Source: Xylographa opegraphella (taxonomy: Eukaryota). From it: 64,000 nucleotides of DNA. Shown here one piece after another: positions 10,914 through 23,251 of the stretch. The notes under the pieces are model-generated. The model did not search any database. It had not been told where the DNA came from and saw nothing but the letters and a program-made list of their open reading frames with translations. The translations under genes and the position numbers were made by a program. Position 1 is the first letter of the stretch, and every line of letters begins with the position of its first letter. The stretch is from contig JALDZX010000034.1 of the NCBI GenBank assembly GCA_022813865.1, positions 124,001-188,000 on the forward strand. Direction: 5' to 3'.

Positions 10914-13161
10914 ATGGCTGAATCTCCATTACCGTTGCTGGTCAAGGAGCAAACGTTGGACGAGTGCCAGAAGGCATCAGTGCTGAGCCGGGATGGTGTT
11001 TTGTACGAAAACCTCCAGATTGACCCTGATACCGGAGCACAAGAAAGCGAAAGTGCTGTCATATCTGCTGAAGCTATCGTCGACTCAGCACTGCCAGCCA
11101 GTGATAGACGCATCTTACAGAGCAATCCGGATGCCTTCATACTCTCAAGTCCTAGCTTAGGCAAGTTGGGTGCTCCTGCCAAATTGCGAGAAACAAATGC
11201 TCTTGGAGAATATATCCTTGGTGCAGATGACCCATTGATCAAGGACATTCTAAGCCGGAACGTGAAACGTGAAGATGAAGCTCAGGGTAAGCAGACGAGG
11301 GTTCCATTCAGTGATCTGATCTTTACGAGACAGTTCACGGCGTTTGACCGCCAGAATCTAGCCAGTGCCTCATCGCCTTTCCATGGCTTCTTTACCGCGT
11401 TCTGGCTCGGCATCTTTCTCCTACTCGTCAAGCTTGCCGCCGACAACTGGAGGGCATATGGCAATATCCTTGGGCCGAGTGAGCTACTGGAGATGATGTT
11501 CGATCGAGAGGTTTTCGTCATGGGTGCGACCGATGTTGTTCTGTGCTCTAGCACGGTATTTTGTCTCGTACTTCAGAAAGCAGTACTTGCTGGATACTTG
11601 AGCTGGGACAAATCAGGATGGATTATACAGAATGTATGTAGACTTTCTAACCCTATCAGAAACACTTCTTCGTAGTCAACTCTACACTTGTGGCAGTGGT
11701 GGTGAAGGCGAGCTCGATCATGAATCAAACCCAAATGATTATTCACCGAACCTCTCTTCAATATGCGCAGTGTATCAGGCTCAATAATAGCTGATAGTGG
11801 CATATAGATATGGCAGACCTCATACATTGCAGCATTTTTTGGCTGGACGGTTTACCGCGGCTGGCCGTGGTCACACAGCTTCTTTATCCTTATCCATTGC
11901 CTCGTCATGCTCATGAAGCAACACAGCTACGCTTTCTATAACGGTCACTGTGAGAGCCCAGCAAACCTTGCGTACGAGCTCTAAATTAGTACCATTGCTA
12001 AAGGGCATGCTTTAGTGTCAGAGCTGTACAAACGAAAGCAAGTGCTCGAACGAAAGCTCAAGGATCTCGAAGAACTGCACCAAGCTTCACCCAATGACCC
12101 CAAAGTCTCTACATCAACAGCAGTTGCTTCCTCCTATTTCGATGACACACAGAAGCATGCGCTTCACCCACGGCCTGGAGCACTTACCTCAGAGAATGTC
12201 CAAGAGGCCGATAGCAGTAGATCTGGAATCGCGAGTCTGGTAGCCGCTGTCAAGTCTGGCACCGGGTTGCAGCCAGAGGACATCATACACCTCCGAGAAA
12301 TTATAGAGTCCGAGATCGATGCTATACAGAAAGAACTGAAGGCGAAGTGTACAGACAGTACCAAACAGTACCCTTGCAATCTTACTCTACGGAATTTTGC
12401 GCAGTATATTCCATTTCCGACGGTGGTGTACGAGCTTGAGTATCCTCGACAGGATCGTATCAACTGGTACTATGTCGCCGAGAAGGGTGCGGCCACCTTC
12501 GGTGTTATGGTGGTTATGAATGTCATCAGCCAGACATATATCTACCCTGTCGTCGTGTCAACGGTCAGGATGGCCGAAGCGGGAATGAGTGTGGGCGAGA
12601 GGCTGCAAGAGCTGCCATGGGTCATAGTCGATTTACTTCTGCCACTCATGATTGAGCATCTGTTGGCTTGGTACGTGGTCTGGGATTGCGTTGTGAGTCC
12701 CCTCTTTCGATACCGATGTCCGTATCCTTCAAAGAATTATGACTAACAGAAATCAGCTTAACCTCCTTGCCGAGCTGACCTACTTCGCCGACCGGGGTTT
12801 CTACTCTTCGTGGTGGAACAGCACGTCCTTTGACCAGTACGCGCGGGATTGGAACCGGCCCGTCCACAACTTTCTCCTGCGGCACGTCTACCACTCGTCC
12901 ATCGCGGCCTTCCACCTCTCGAAGCCGGCCGCCATGCTCGCGACCTTCTTCCTTTCGGCCCTCATCCACGAGTTGGTCATGTGGTGCCTCTTCCGGAAGG
13001 TGCGAGGCTATCTGATGGGCATGCAGATGCTGCAACTGCCGCTGGTGGGCCTGGCGAAGACGAAATGGATGCGCCAGAGGAAGCTGCTGGGGAATGTGAT
13101 CTTCTGGTTCGGGATCATCACAGGTCCGAGCTGTCTGTGTAGTTTGTACTTAATTACGTGA
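10914..13161 (+). CDS. ARE2: Sterol O-acyltransferase (MBOAT, Are1/Are2 family); exons 10914-11633, 11808-11949, 12016-12692, 12757-13161
   Basis: Motifs MKQHSYAFYNG, PTVVYELEYPR, FADRGFYSSWWN, WNRPVHNFLLRHVY, catalytic SALIHE; canonical introns join the ORFs. Confidence 0.92.
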
Positions 13162-13566
13162 TGATGGGTCGATGTTGTACGTAGATTGTACTTGGACATG
13201 TAACGACGGAGAGATATCACTGTGAATTACCCAAAAAATGGGGAACGTAGTTTACGAAGGAAAACCCTTTCATGAGCATGGAAATACCGAATACAAACAA
13301 AAGCCGAGCCCGACACAGGTTCATTCTCCTTGAGCTACACATACCGAATAAATAGAGTATTCAGCATGACAAACTATACTTTACCAGTGCAGTTATGTCA
13401 CAATTACAAAAGTGCATTCATAAGCCAGAACCGATAATGTGGTACCAAGTCCTGCCAAACATAAACTCATGCATACAATGTATGCGCCTAACGCCTCAGT
13501 GCTGGTTCTGCAGCGCCTTCCCTAATATTCACAGCAGCGAAGTAACGACAGATGCACTCCTCTCGT

Positions 13567-14308
13567 TCATGCTGTCGCGGTCTGCTGTGCGGGAGTGTCT
13601 ATCATCTCCACCTCCACCTTAGGCATCGATGAGCCCGTTCCGCCAAGATCCGTCGCTCGTGCCTTGGGGTTCTTGGTGTAGTAGTTTGAAATGGCGGATT
13701 TGATGGCATCTTCGGCCAACATGGAGCAATGCACTAATACCCATTATCAGCATCATTTCTATCACTCCCGTTTCTAACCCCACAGCCATCCACTTCACCC
13801 AAGACCACCGTATTACAGCCGCCAGTAGGACCACTCACATTTCACCGGAGGCAAGCACAGCTCCCTCGCAATCTCCGTATTCCGGATCTTCCCCGCATCC
13901 TCCAAGCTCATTCCCCGAACCAACTCCGTCAGATAGCTACTGCTGGCGATGGCGCTTCCACATCCGAAAGTCTTGAACTTGACATCGCTGATGGTATTCG
14001 AGTTGGGGTCCACCCGGATCTGCAGCTTCATCACGTCGCCACAAGCCGGAGCTCCGACGAGACCGGTGCCAACGTCGGCGTCCGTCTTGGACATGGAGCC
14101 GACATTGCGAGGCTTGCTGTAGTGGTCGAGCAGTACGCGGGATGTTAGCTTCCCATGATGGTGATGGCGGAGAAGGTCTGGACTTATCTTTTTCATGGTA
14201 GCTCCTTCGTATGGAGAGCGAGAGCGGAGAGGCGGTAGGGACGGGTCTGGCCGAGACGGCGAGAACACGAGATGCGGCGCGTGGGACAGTGGTAAGTGAC
14301 TTGTACAT
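13567..14308 (-). CDS. ISU1: Mitochondrial Fe-S cluster scaffold Isu1/IscU; exons 14308-14188, 14132-13839, 13733-13567
   Basis: Arg/Ser-rich presequence, YHEKVLDHYSKPRNVG, GAPACGDVM, FKTFGCGSAIASSS, LPPVK-LHCSMLAEDAIK; first intron (14187-14133) is AT-AC, second is GT-AG. Confidence 0.95.
14133..14187 (-). other. Non-canonical AT-AC intron (55 nt) in ISU1
   Basis: Minus strand: GAA AAA G|ATAAGTCC...GCTAACATCCCGCGTAC|TG CTC GAC CAC; removal restores frame and the conserved K-V-L-D-H-Y sequence. Confidence 0.85.
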
Positions 14309-14419
14309 GATTACGGTTGATTGTTTCTGTGTAGGATTGAAGAGGTTATCGTCGATCAAGGACGCAGTCTAATATTTCACATGACGTTGAGCCCGCTTTG
14401 TGGCGAAACTTTATTACAT

Positions 14420-14429
14420 ATCACGTGAC
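14420..14429. promoter_or_regulatory. E-box / Cbf1-type site ATCACGTGAC upstream of ISU1
   Basis: Matches RTCACGTG on both strands, about 110 bp upstream of the ISU1 ATG; function not tested. Confidence 0.4.
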
Positions 14430-14701
14430 CGGTCTCTTCTCCAGCCTTCTCCGCCCTCGTTCACTTTTGCTTCTGAGTACCTGCCTTATTAAAATGACTG
14501 AATTTATACAAAGCAACTACCAGGGCAATTCTACGCAAGCTTTCCAAAGAGGAATCGCTATTTGATCACGATTAAATGTGCGAACATAAATAACATTTTT
14601 CATACTCCTTCGCTATGCATAAGTGGGACATTTGAGCTTCATATCACAACGTAACACATTCGTGGAGCATATGCAGAACTCTCCCGTGTCATCTCATCTC
14701 A

Positions 14702-17700
14702 TCAATCCTCTGTAAAAGTGCCTCCCAGATCCACCTTCCCCACACTCCACACTTCCCGTTCATCCTCCACCTCATCGCCGCTCAACCCCAGTCCTCCCTG
14801 GCCACCTTCGGCTTCCCGTCTCTCTCTGGCCTGAGCACCTAGTCTCAGGCCTACGCGCTTGAAATAGTCTTGCATGCTTCTCTTCGTTGTAGGATTCAGC
14901 TCAGCGCCTGGTCCTGCTATATACTTGTCAAAAACCGCGCTATCCTGTTCCACCACGGCGAAGAGTGCCAGGAAGGCAGCTTCTGCAGCTAATTTGACAG
15001 GTATGACGGGGTCGCGGACACTGGCGAAGATAGGAGGTGCGAGAAGGGGGAGATGTGGCCGGACGAGGTCGGAATGGCGGCGGCTAAGTGTGCGGATGAC
15101 GACGAGGGCAAGCCGGCGGGTATCCACCGGATTGCCAGGAGACAGAACAGCAGCAAGAGCTTCAAAGAGTGGTTTGCTGGCTTCGAAGGAAGAGGTGTTC
15201 GCTGTGGTGAGGAGGTATTTACCAGCGGCTAGAACGGCGTTGTCGGCAATAAAGGGAAATTTGCTTTGAATACCAAGACTTATGATGCTAGGTGTCTCAT
15301 TCGAGAAGGTGTCGATAAGAGATGAGGGCGATTCGAGAAGTATTGAATTCAGGTTGAGAATTGAGGCATTCGTAAAACGAGTGGCAAGAGCACGGTGCTT
15401 GATTAGGGGATTTGCGTCTGGAGCCGGAAGGTTCTTGATGAGGGCACCAAGGAGACGCGCATTTGTTATGGCCATTGAGTCATCAGAGTCGATGTTATCG
15501 CTGTCAATGAGACTTAGTATGGAAGTACGTGAAGCTTCACTCATGTTAGCACCAGCTTTGCTGACGACCTCGTACAAGGCCTTTAGCATGGCGTTGCGGA
15601 CGCCGACGTCCGGTGTCTTAGTTCCTGTCACCAGTTCTATTGTATTGATTAGAATTTTTGTCGATCTTCACAGCTCATGCAGATGGCTCAAACATACCTG
15701 CTATCAATGGATCTATCCGAGGCTTCAGAGTCAAAAGCGTTCCCAGTGCCTTTGCGGCTCGGCTTCGCAGAACTTCGCTAGTGGGATCAGCAAGAGACTT
15801 GGCGAAAGTGCGCTGCAGTTGCGGCATGAATGGCCTCAAGGACGACGGTATCTTTTCGAGGAGATTGTTCAGAGTTAATAATATAGCCGCTAATTCAAAT
15901 TAGCTTCTTCGGCGCATGAGCTTCTTGTGCCAAACTCACATTTCACATCCACAGAGCGCTCCGAAACAACTCTGATAAGAGGTCCGGTAATGTTTGTCAC
16001 GAAAGGCTTCAGTGCATCGGGACTTGTGCGATCAATGACATCAGAAATGGCAAGCGCGGATTGCGTTCGTTGTTCCCCAGTACCATTCATAAGGCCTTGA
16101 AGGAATATAGGCAGAATTGCATTGACGCCTTTAGGCAAGCAAAATCCGGGCAGATCGGAACCAGCAACTCCGACCTGTTGTAAGACTTGACGAGATGAGA
16201 AGACAAGCGACTCCATCTCCTCCTTTCGTAAATGCTTCATCAGCTCGGAGAGTGCGGTCCACGCGGCTTTTACAACCTCTGAGTCTCGATCATCAAATGA
16301 AAAAAGCAGTACACGAATGAGATCCTGATTGTAGCGGGAGAAGTCCACATCCGTTTCGGCAAAAAACTTGCTCAGACGGATATCTGCACTAGCTCGTCTC
16401 TTGTGATCGTCGTGCTTCATGAGGGTCAGCATAACATTCATGGCAGTGTTTAAGCCATCGAATTCGTCGATGGAAAGCAGAACAGCGTCGAATGAGGCGT
16501 CCAGATCATTCCTTAATTCGTCGTCCAAACACGAAACCATATTGTCCATTAAAGCATTTAGTATCGCTGGTAGTCGTCTCGTCATCGCTGGTCCAGCAAC
16601 TTGGGATAAAGAAGCAATGGCTTTCGCATTGAAGGGTGTAATTGGTGACGCTATTAATGTTGGTACGAGGTTGGGAAGAATAATGTTAGATCTCGTATTG
16701 TCAGTTAGAAGAGTCAGCAAAGCAGAAAGCGCAGTATCGGCTTCGCCTTCGGTTCTCAAAAGGTTCAGAAGGTATGGCAGGACTTGATCAACAGCTCTCT
16801 TTCCAAATATTTGTTGCAAGGAGTCGAATGCCTCTGCAGCTGTGTCGCGAACATCATCGTCAGGATCAACAAGAGCTGATCGAACAACTGAGATCAGGAC
16901 CTTCTCGTAGTCCTCGAGTGTTTCGAGAGCCGCCGAGGATATGATCTCCCTCAATGCGATACAGATGCCTTGCTTACTATCAGTATCCGTTGATTTTTGA
17001 AGGCCTTCTTCCAGTGTTGGCAGGAGAGTTGCGAGGACATTCTCTCCCGCTTTCCTAATCAGTTCACCCAAAGCATTTCCAGCGATAACCCTCTGCTCCA
17101 TGTTCGAACTTGCGAGGCGGCGAATGATGAGCTGCGTGAGAGTAGGTATAAGCTCCTTGAGAGTCCTTGGGGTTGCGACGAGTGCCTTCGACACATTGAT
17201 AGCAGCGGTACGAACGAGGCCGGACGTGTCGCATCGACAAATATACAAAGAAGATAAGATCCTGTTTCTCTTATCTTCACCGAGTACTTCCAGTAGAGAC
17301 TGGCCCGCCTCTGCAGCATTATCCACCTCATCATCTTGATCGGTCTTGACGCTAATGCCTGTGAGATTGAAGAGAAGGTCACCGACCAGTTCGACTGAGC
17401 TGAGACGGATCCTATAACTGCCATCCGCTAGACCACGATCAAGCTCGGGAAGGAGTAGATCGATGGACTTGGTAGCGAAGTTCTTCACGAGCAATCTGCC
17501 AGCCCGAAGTGACGTTTCACGAATGGACTCGACGTCATCTGCTAGACCAGCAAGTATCGGTGGAATGATCTTGCTAAGATATGCTGCAAAACTGTTTCCA
17601 AAGCAGGCGGGAAGAAAGATGAAGAGCGACATGAACCCTTCTCGGACACTTGGTCTACTGCTAGCAACATTCTGCAGGATAGTTGGCAGAGTCTCTTCCA

Positions 17701-20700
17701 AACGCCCCGTGCCGAGACCTGCTAGAACTTCACTCAGTGCCTGTGCAGAGCCCAGCCTATCGCCAGCCCCTGTGTCTGATTTCAAAGTGGACATGAGCTC
17801 AGGGATGAGATCTGGCAGTGCGTCTTCTCCGAGTTTCTCCACCAATGACCCTAAGGCTTTAGAGGACGTTGCCCGAGTCGTAGGTACCGGGTCTACAACG
17901 GCTTGTTTCAAGCCCGCGACCAGAATTGGAAGATGAGAGATGAGATCCTTACGCTCCGTGAGATGGGCCAAACTTCCTATGATCTGTGCTGATTTCCGTT
18001 TGGTCGCTGATCGGTCACCCAGACCACGCTCAAGAATTCGCACCACCAAGGCTAACGACGGCGAGTCAAGATAGTGTATGAATGATACCTTGATGAGTGC
18101 GTCAAGTGCATCATCCGTGTACTTAGTGGGGTCGCTAAGGGCTTTGAGGAGAATGCCAACAAGTCCTTTTACCTCAGGATTGCTAATGACCTCTCCAAAC
18201 CGCTGAAGACTTCGATTCGCTGCTGCTCGTACTTCTTTGTGGCTGTCATTGAGCACATTAGTGAGAGGCGGTATTATATCGGGTAAGCTCGAAGCAAGCT
18301 GCTGAGGATCAAGGTACGCCATGGCTCCCAATAGATCGCATGCACCTTTCTTGCTTCGCCACTGCTGCTCCTCAAGGCCGTCTAGCAAAGTTGGGAGAAT
18401 TAGTTTGACACCATAGGAACTGAGGCTCGCGAAACAGGTCTTCGCCGCGTCCAGACAAGCCTCCCGGACATCGGCGCTTGCATCTCCAAAGCAAGCCAGT
18501 AGCTGCGGTACGATCTGTATAATGTATGGCTCAAACACCCTCCCAAGTATGAGTGAGAGCAACTCATATGCAAACAATGCGCCTTGTCGGTAGTTGGGAT
18601 CTTTCTTATTGTCAATAGCCGACTTCAGCGTAGACAATATCCGAAACTCCCGTAGAGCTGAAACTCCTTTTCCGCTCACAATTCCGGCAAGCCCATATGC
18701 AGCCCCTCTTCTTGCGGCATATTTCTTAGATTGGAAAAGCTGATCCAACACTTGCTGCACAAAGTCCGGTGTATCTCGTATTGAGGTACGAATCAAAGGT
18801 GGTAAGCAGCTCGATACAGCGTACTGAACTGTTTCGGATGGTGTACTCAGGGTTTGCAACAGTCTGCGGACCACATTCGGCACCCTTTCATCTCCAGCTA
18901 CGAGATGACGAGCTAAGGCACCGTACAATATCACGACTGCCTCACTCACCAAATCGGAGATATCCCCATCTTTTCCGGTAGATTCCAACGCATGCTCGAA
19001 CATGGTCATAAGCTCCTCGAGTCGCTTACCACCATGGGCCGAGATCACCGCCGTAGCACTTGCTATCATATCATCTCGAACTGAGGTATTTCGATCACCA
19101 ACAGCACTATCGTATATCATAAATTCGATGAACGAGACGAGCTTTCCTGGCTCCCAGATCACAGCCAGTTCTTTGAACGCCAGAGCTATGCCGCTTCGAC
19201 TCTCCCAAGGGTCACTCATATCTGTCTTCTTAATCATACCATACTCGTCTCTTTCTGGCATACGTGGCTTTGCCTTCTCTCGATACTCGTCCTCAAGGCG
19301 TTCAAGGACGCGCGAGAATACGGAGATATCTTCTGCGACACAGGCTGCGAATGCTCTTGAGGCAGCGCGGCGAAGTTGCCTATCGGTACTCGCAAGGTAC
19401 GGGATCATTTTCATCGCATCTTGACCGTTGACTTCCAACGCATTTTCTTCCCAGATCGCCTGCCCCAAGTCAGCGTTTTCTTGTACATCATCATGAACCG
19501 CAATCCAGATTTCGTCACTGAAATCCAGATGCGTTAAATCAATATGTTCGCGAATAGCTTGCAATACTGCAGTCCGGACAGATATCTGTGGTACTATAAC
19601 GCCTCTCAACAGAGTCTTGATCTCGATTGGAGTGATATTAGGCGCCAAAGCCCTGCAGAGGTCATGCAAACAGTCTTTGATTAACTTGTAATGTAGCGAG
19701 AAATCCTGCATTGAGCGAATAAGGACGGCAATAATCTCTGCACGCGGCAGGCTCTGATGCGAAACTAGAAGAAAATGTTATTCTCCATTGCTCTTCAGTG
19801 TAAAAGTACAGTACTCACATGTATCCGCATGAAATGATAAAGTTTCTAGTGCCAAAGTCACTTGCTCATCACCTTCATCCTCGCCTTTCTGTCCTATTCC
19901 GCGTTGTTGCAGCACTATGCAGACAAGAGGGACCATGTAATTCAACGAGACACTATCAAACGGCCTTTGCTCACTACTGAGCCGTAAGCGGTAGAGTGTT
20001 CTGGTTACAAGATCTGTCGCACGATGAGAACATTTCATTACACTATGCACTGAAAAACATACCTCCGAGCGGTTCCTCGAGAAGTTCCGCCGATAAGTTC
20101 GACGAGCCCAATGCTCGAAGCGTAGCGATCCCGATGAAAGGTCTCAGCGATCCCACTCGCTGCGAAACAAAATTTGCACAGTCGAGGTACACATGGTCAG
20201 CGGTGTCTCCTATGAGAAGTCCAACTCCAGCCTCTATCACGTCAAGCAAGGCCCGCAATGATGGGCCCATCCATATATCGGCTTCAGTTGGCGGTCCAGT
20301 AGCAAGGCCATGTATCATCCCAATACCTCTCCCTATCTTTTGCTCGAGTCTGAGGACATTTTCCCTTATCACCGCTTCCTTAGCAAGTTGTGCATTCACC
20401 TTAGCTTGTTCTTCAGCAGACAGCTTTTTTTGCTGTCCCTTTTTGGCCGCAAGCTGCGCTCTGACGTCTTCCTCCCATTTTAAAGTATCGTAGTCCTTGA
20501 CGCTCTTGTCGACGATGTGTTTCTGGGAATTCGCACTAAGAACGTCCACAAAGGCAGTTCCTTGTGGCGTCCGTGCAATTGCGAAGTCCGTCGGTCCATA
20601 TTGTCGGAGCTCTTCCACTGACAAGTCGCTTGCGATTTGGTCTATCAAAAGTGGTGTGATGACCTTGGGAGCGACGAACGCCAACTCAGCAAAGGTGTGA

Positions 20701-22961
20701 TATGCTGCAGCTTTTGTATTCTGGGAAGGAGACCCAAGGCGAGTATCACTCAAAACACCGTTGACTTGAGCGACGCATTCGGTGCTTCGAGAAGAGACAA
20801 GCGAGCCAGGGTCTTGGCCAATGCTAAGGCAGGTTTCGATCCAGTTGGATCTGGGTAAGACTTCGTTTCTGCAAAGAACAAGCATTTTAATAAGCTGCGA
20901 TTGCAAAACGCTTGGATCAATGGTCCGATCAGGGGCTTCTGCTTCGCTGGGTAAGAGACAGATAGAGCGAAGCACTAAGTGACACTTGCCAACCCCTGAC
21001 CGAGATGCGAGAGCTGCAGTATCTTTTACGGACAATTCTACATGCCGGTACCAGTCCCAAAGTCCTTCAATTATAGATTCGGCTATCTTTGCAGGCCGCT
21101 GCCAGTACTGCTCTGTTAATGACCGGAATGCTTCTTCTCGTACGCTATGAGGTACAGTCGAGGCCATCATAGCATATAAGAGAGATTGCGTCCAGGCACC
21201 GTGAGCGACAGGAGCGACATCATCTGTGTAGATATTGGCCGTGCATTTAAATAGTGCTCTCACAAGCCATGTAAGGTCTTCGGAACTTGTAGCTTTGCTG
21301 TATATTTTGGTATTCAAAAGAAATGAAGGCTTAGATCCATAACTCAAGGCTTTTGACATTATGTCCGTTTTATGTAAAATACTTTTGATTGACGTAGTCT
21401 TGACTACATTATCCAAGAAGCTGTATAGCGCGACCAAAATGTATCCAGAAACCACCGTGCCTGACTGACTTGCAGGAAGTGGATTGGCTGTAACATCGTT
21501 GAAAAGTTCTAGCAGCTTTGGCAAAATCTTCTCAACGAGCTCAGCAAGTTGCACGGTACGCGTTGCATCACGAGACAAATTCCAAAGCAAATCCCCAGAT
21601 CGTAGAGCCCATAGCCTTTGAAATGCAGGCCGCTTGTCAGCCAGACCTTTTTGGAAAGCAATGAAATATTTTTCTGCTGCCGTCGATTCATGTATTATCA
21701 TCAAAGAAAGATGGTGGACCAATGCATTGGCTTCTGCCGCGGCCGCTGCTTCATTGGGTTCTTTAGCAAGAGTATTCAGGAGACCGTCACAAATCACGCT
21801 CGAAACGGACGACTGAAAAGGTAAAGACGATAGCATCCGAGCATGGAGTACACGCTGATCAGCAGAGGCTAACTTCGAGGAAGCCAAGGGCGTCAATATG
21901 TCCTTCGAAATTTTTTCTAACACTGCTTCGCTACGACACCGATTGACAAGCTCGGAGAAAGCCTGTGCAGCCCCGTTCCGAATATCAACGTTCGAGGACT
22001 TAACATTAGCCAGGAGTGGTCTAAGGAGCCTATCTGCGAGTATTTCAGAAAGATCGATATCTATCGGTAATGCTGACACCATTGGCTTAATGAGGTCATG
22101 GAGCACCACTTCAGGGGCTCGTAGCAAAGCTTTCTCGAGGGCTGGGCCTAGCTCAATTGCCAAATCATGAGATTCAGTAAAGCTGGAGAAGAAATCCTTG
22201 AAGGCACAAGCTATGTGATGAGGAACAATATTTCTTGAACCAATAATCTCCCGAACCCAGAAAGAAAAGTATCGAGTTTTCAAGCCCTCAAAAATTGATC
22301 GAGCTTCGGTCAAACGAGCACATACTCCGGCCACAACACCGAGTAATACAGCACTTTTGGATCCGAGCTGATTTTTCTCGGTCAAACTGAAGACTGTGGT
22401 CTTGAGCGCATCTCCTCCAAACTCCACATTTCTGAAAACCTTGCGCAGAGCCCGTCTAGTAACTACGACAGCCGACTTCTGGACACTGAATTTTGAGATC
22501 GAGGATGTACATAGCTCTAGTAAATAGGCATCTGCAGTAATCAGATCCAGGCCATGTTCATCCCACCGTTTCCTGTCTGCTGCGCAGTACTGCAGCACGA
22601 GCGAGCACCATTCAAGAAGGACAAGAGCACTTGAGGGTGCTAGACCTTGCTTTAGACCTTCCGATTTCAAGAACCTGACTACTGTCGCAGAGCATGTGAA
22701 GGAGGTTGGCAGAAGCAGTTCTAAGCAGTCCTGAACAGCCTGGCGCGAGCCCCGGTCATGGTAGGCGGGATAAGTATTAAGAAGTAGGGCAAGGAATCCC
22801 CGTTGTTCATCTTCAGGAAAATCTGCAGGGCACTATCAGCGAACGCGCTTGAATCTACTTTGATCCGAGGGGTTACCGTTTATGCTCTGCTTCGCATTGT
22901 GTAAGGCTGCCCTGCGCACCTTTGTAGAGCTTGATCGGAGGGCGACTGATAGTTCCTCCAT
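14702..22961 (-). CDS. GCN1: Translational activator Gcn1 (HEAT-repeat eIF2-alpha kinase activator); exons 22961-22877, 22822-20063, 20013-19819, 19764-15940, 15889-15698, 15636-14702
   Basis: Very long HEAT-repeat protein with Gcn1 signatures [80 protein letters not shown]; five GT-AG introns join the ORFs. Confidence 0.96.
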
Positions 22962-23251
22962 CTCAGACCGTTGCAGGTTTTCGATATTTGAGCATGTTCT
23001 GGTTCTGCAGTATCGGGTCCGGGGCACAAACACGGCTCTCGCTTGAGCGGAGCCACAAAGGCTTTGAATTGAAAACCTTAAGATTTCGGCGATGGTTTTT
23101 CCGATCACAACAGGGGTTAAAACTCTCCAAGGTACTTGTCGTGCTACCGAGTCATCTTGCATGCCGAGCGGGCGAAACCCTTCTACTTTTCACCCCAGAC
23201 CCAGAACATACCGCCTTACTTTCGATATTACAGGGTTGAGTGCCCCTCATC

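Noticed and set aside
14133..14187. U12 (minor spliceosome) intron interpretation of the ISU1 AT-AC intron
   Set aside because: Lacks the ATATCCTT donor and TCCTTAAC branch consensus; signals are U2-like (ATAAGT, GCTAAC).
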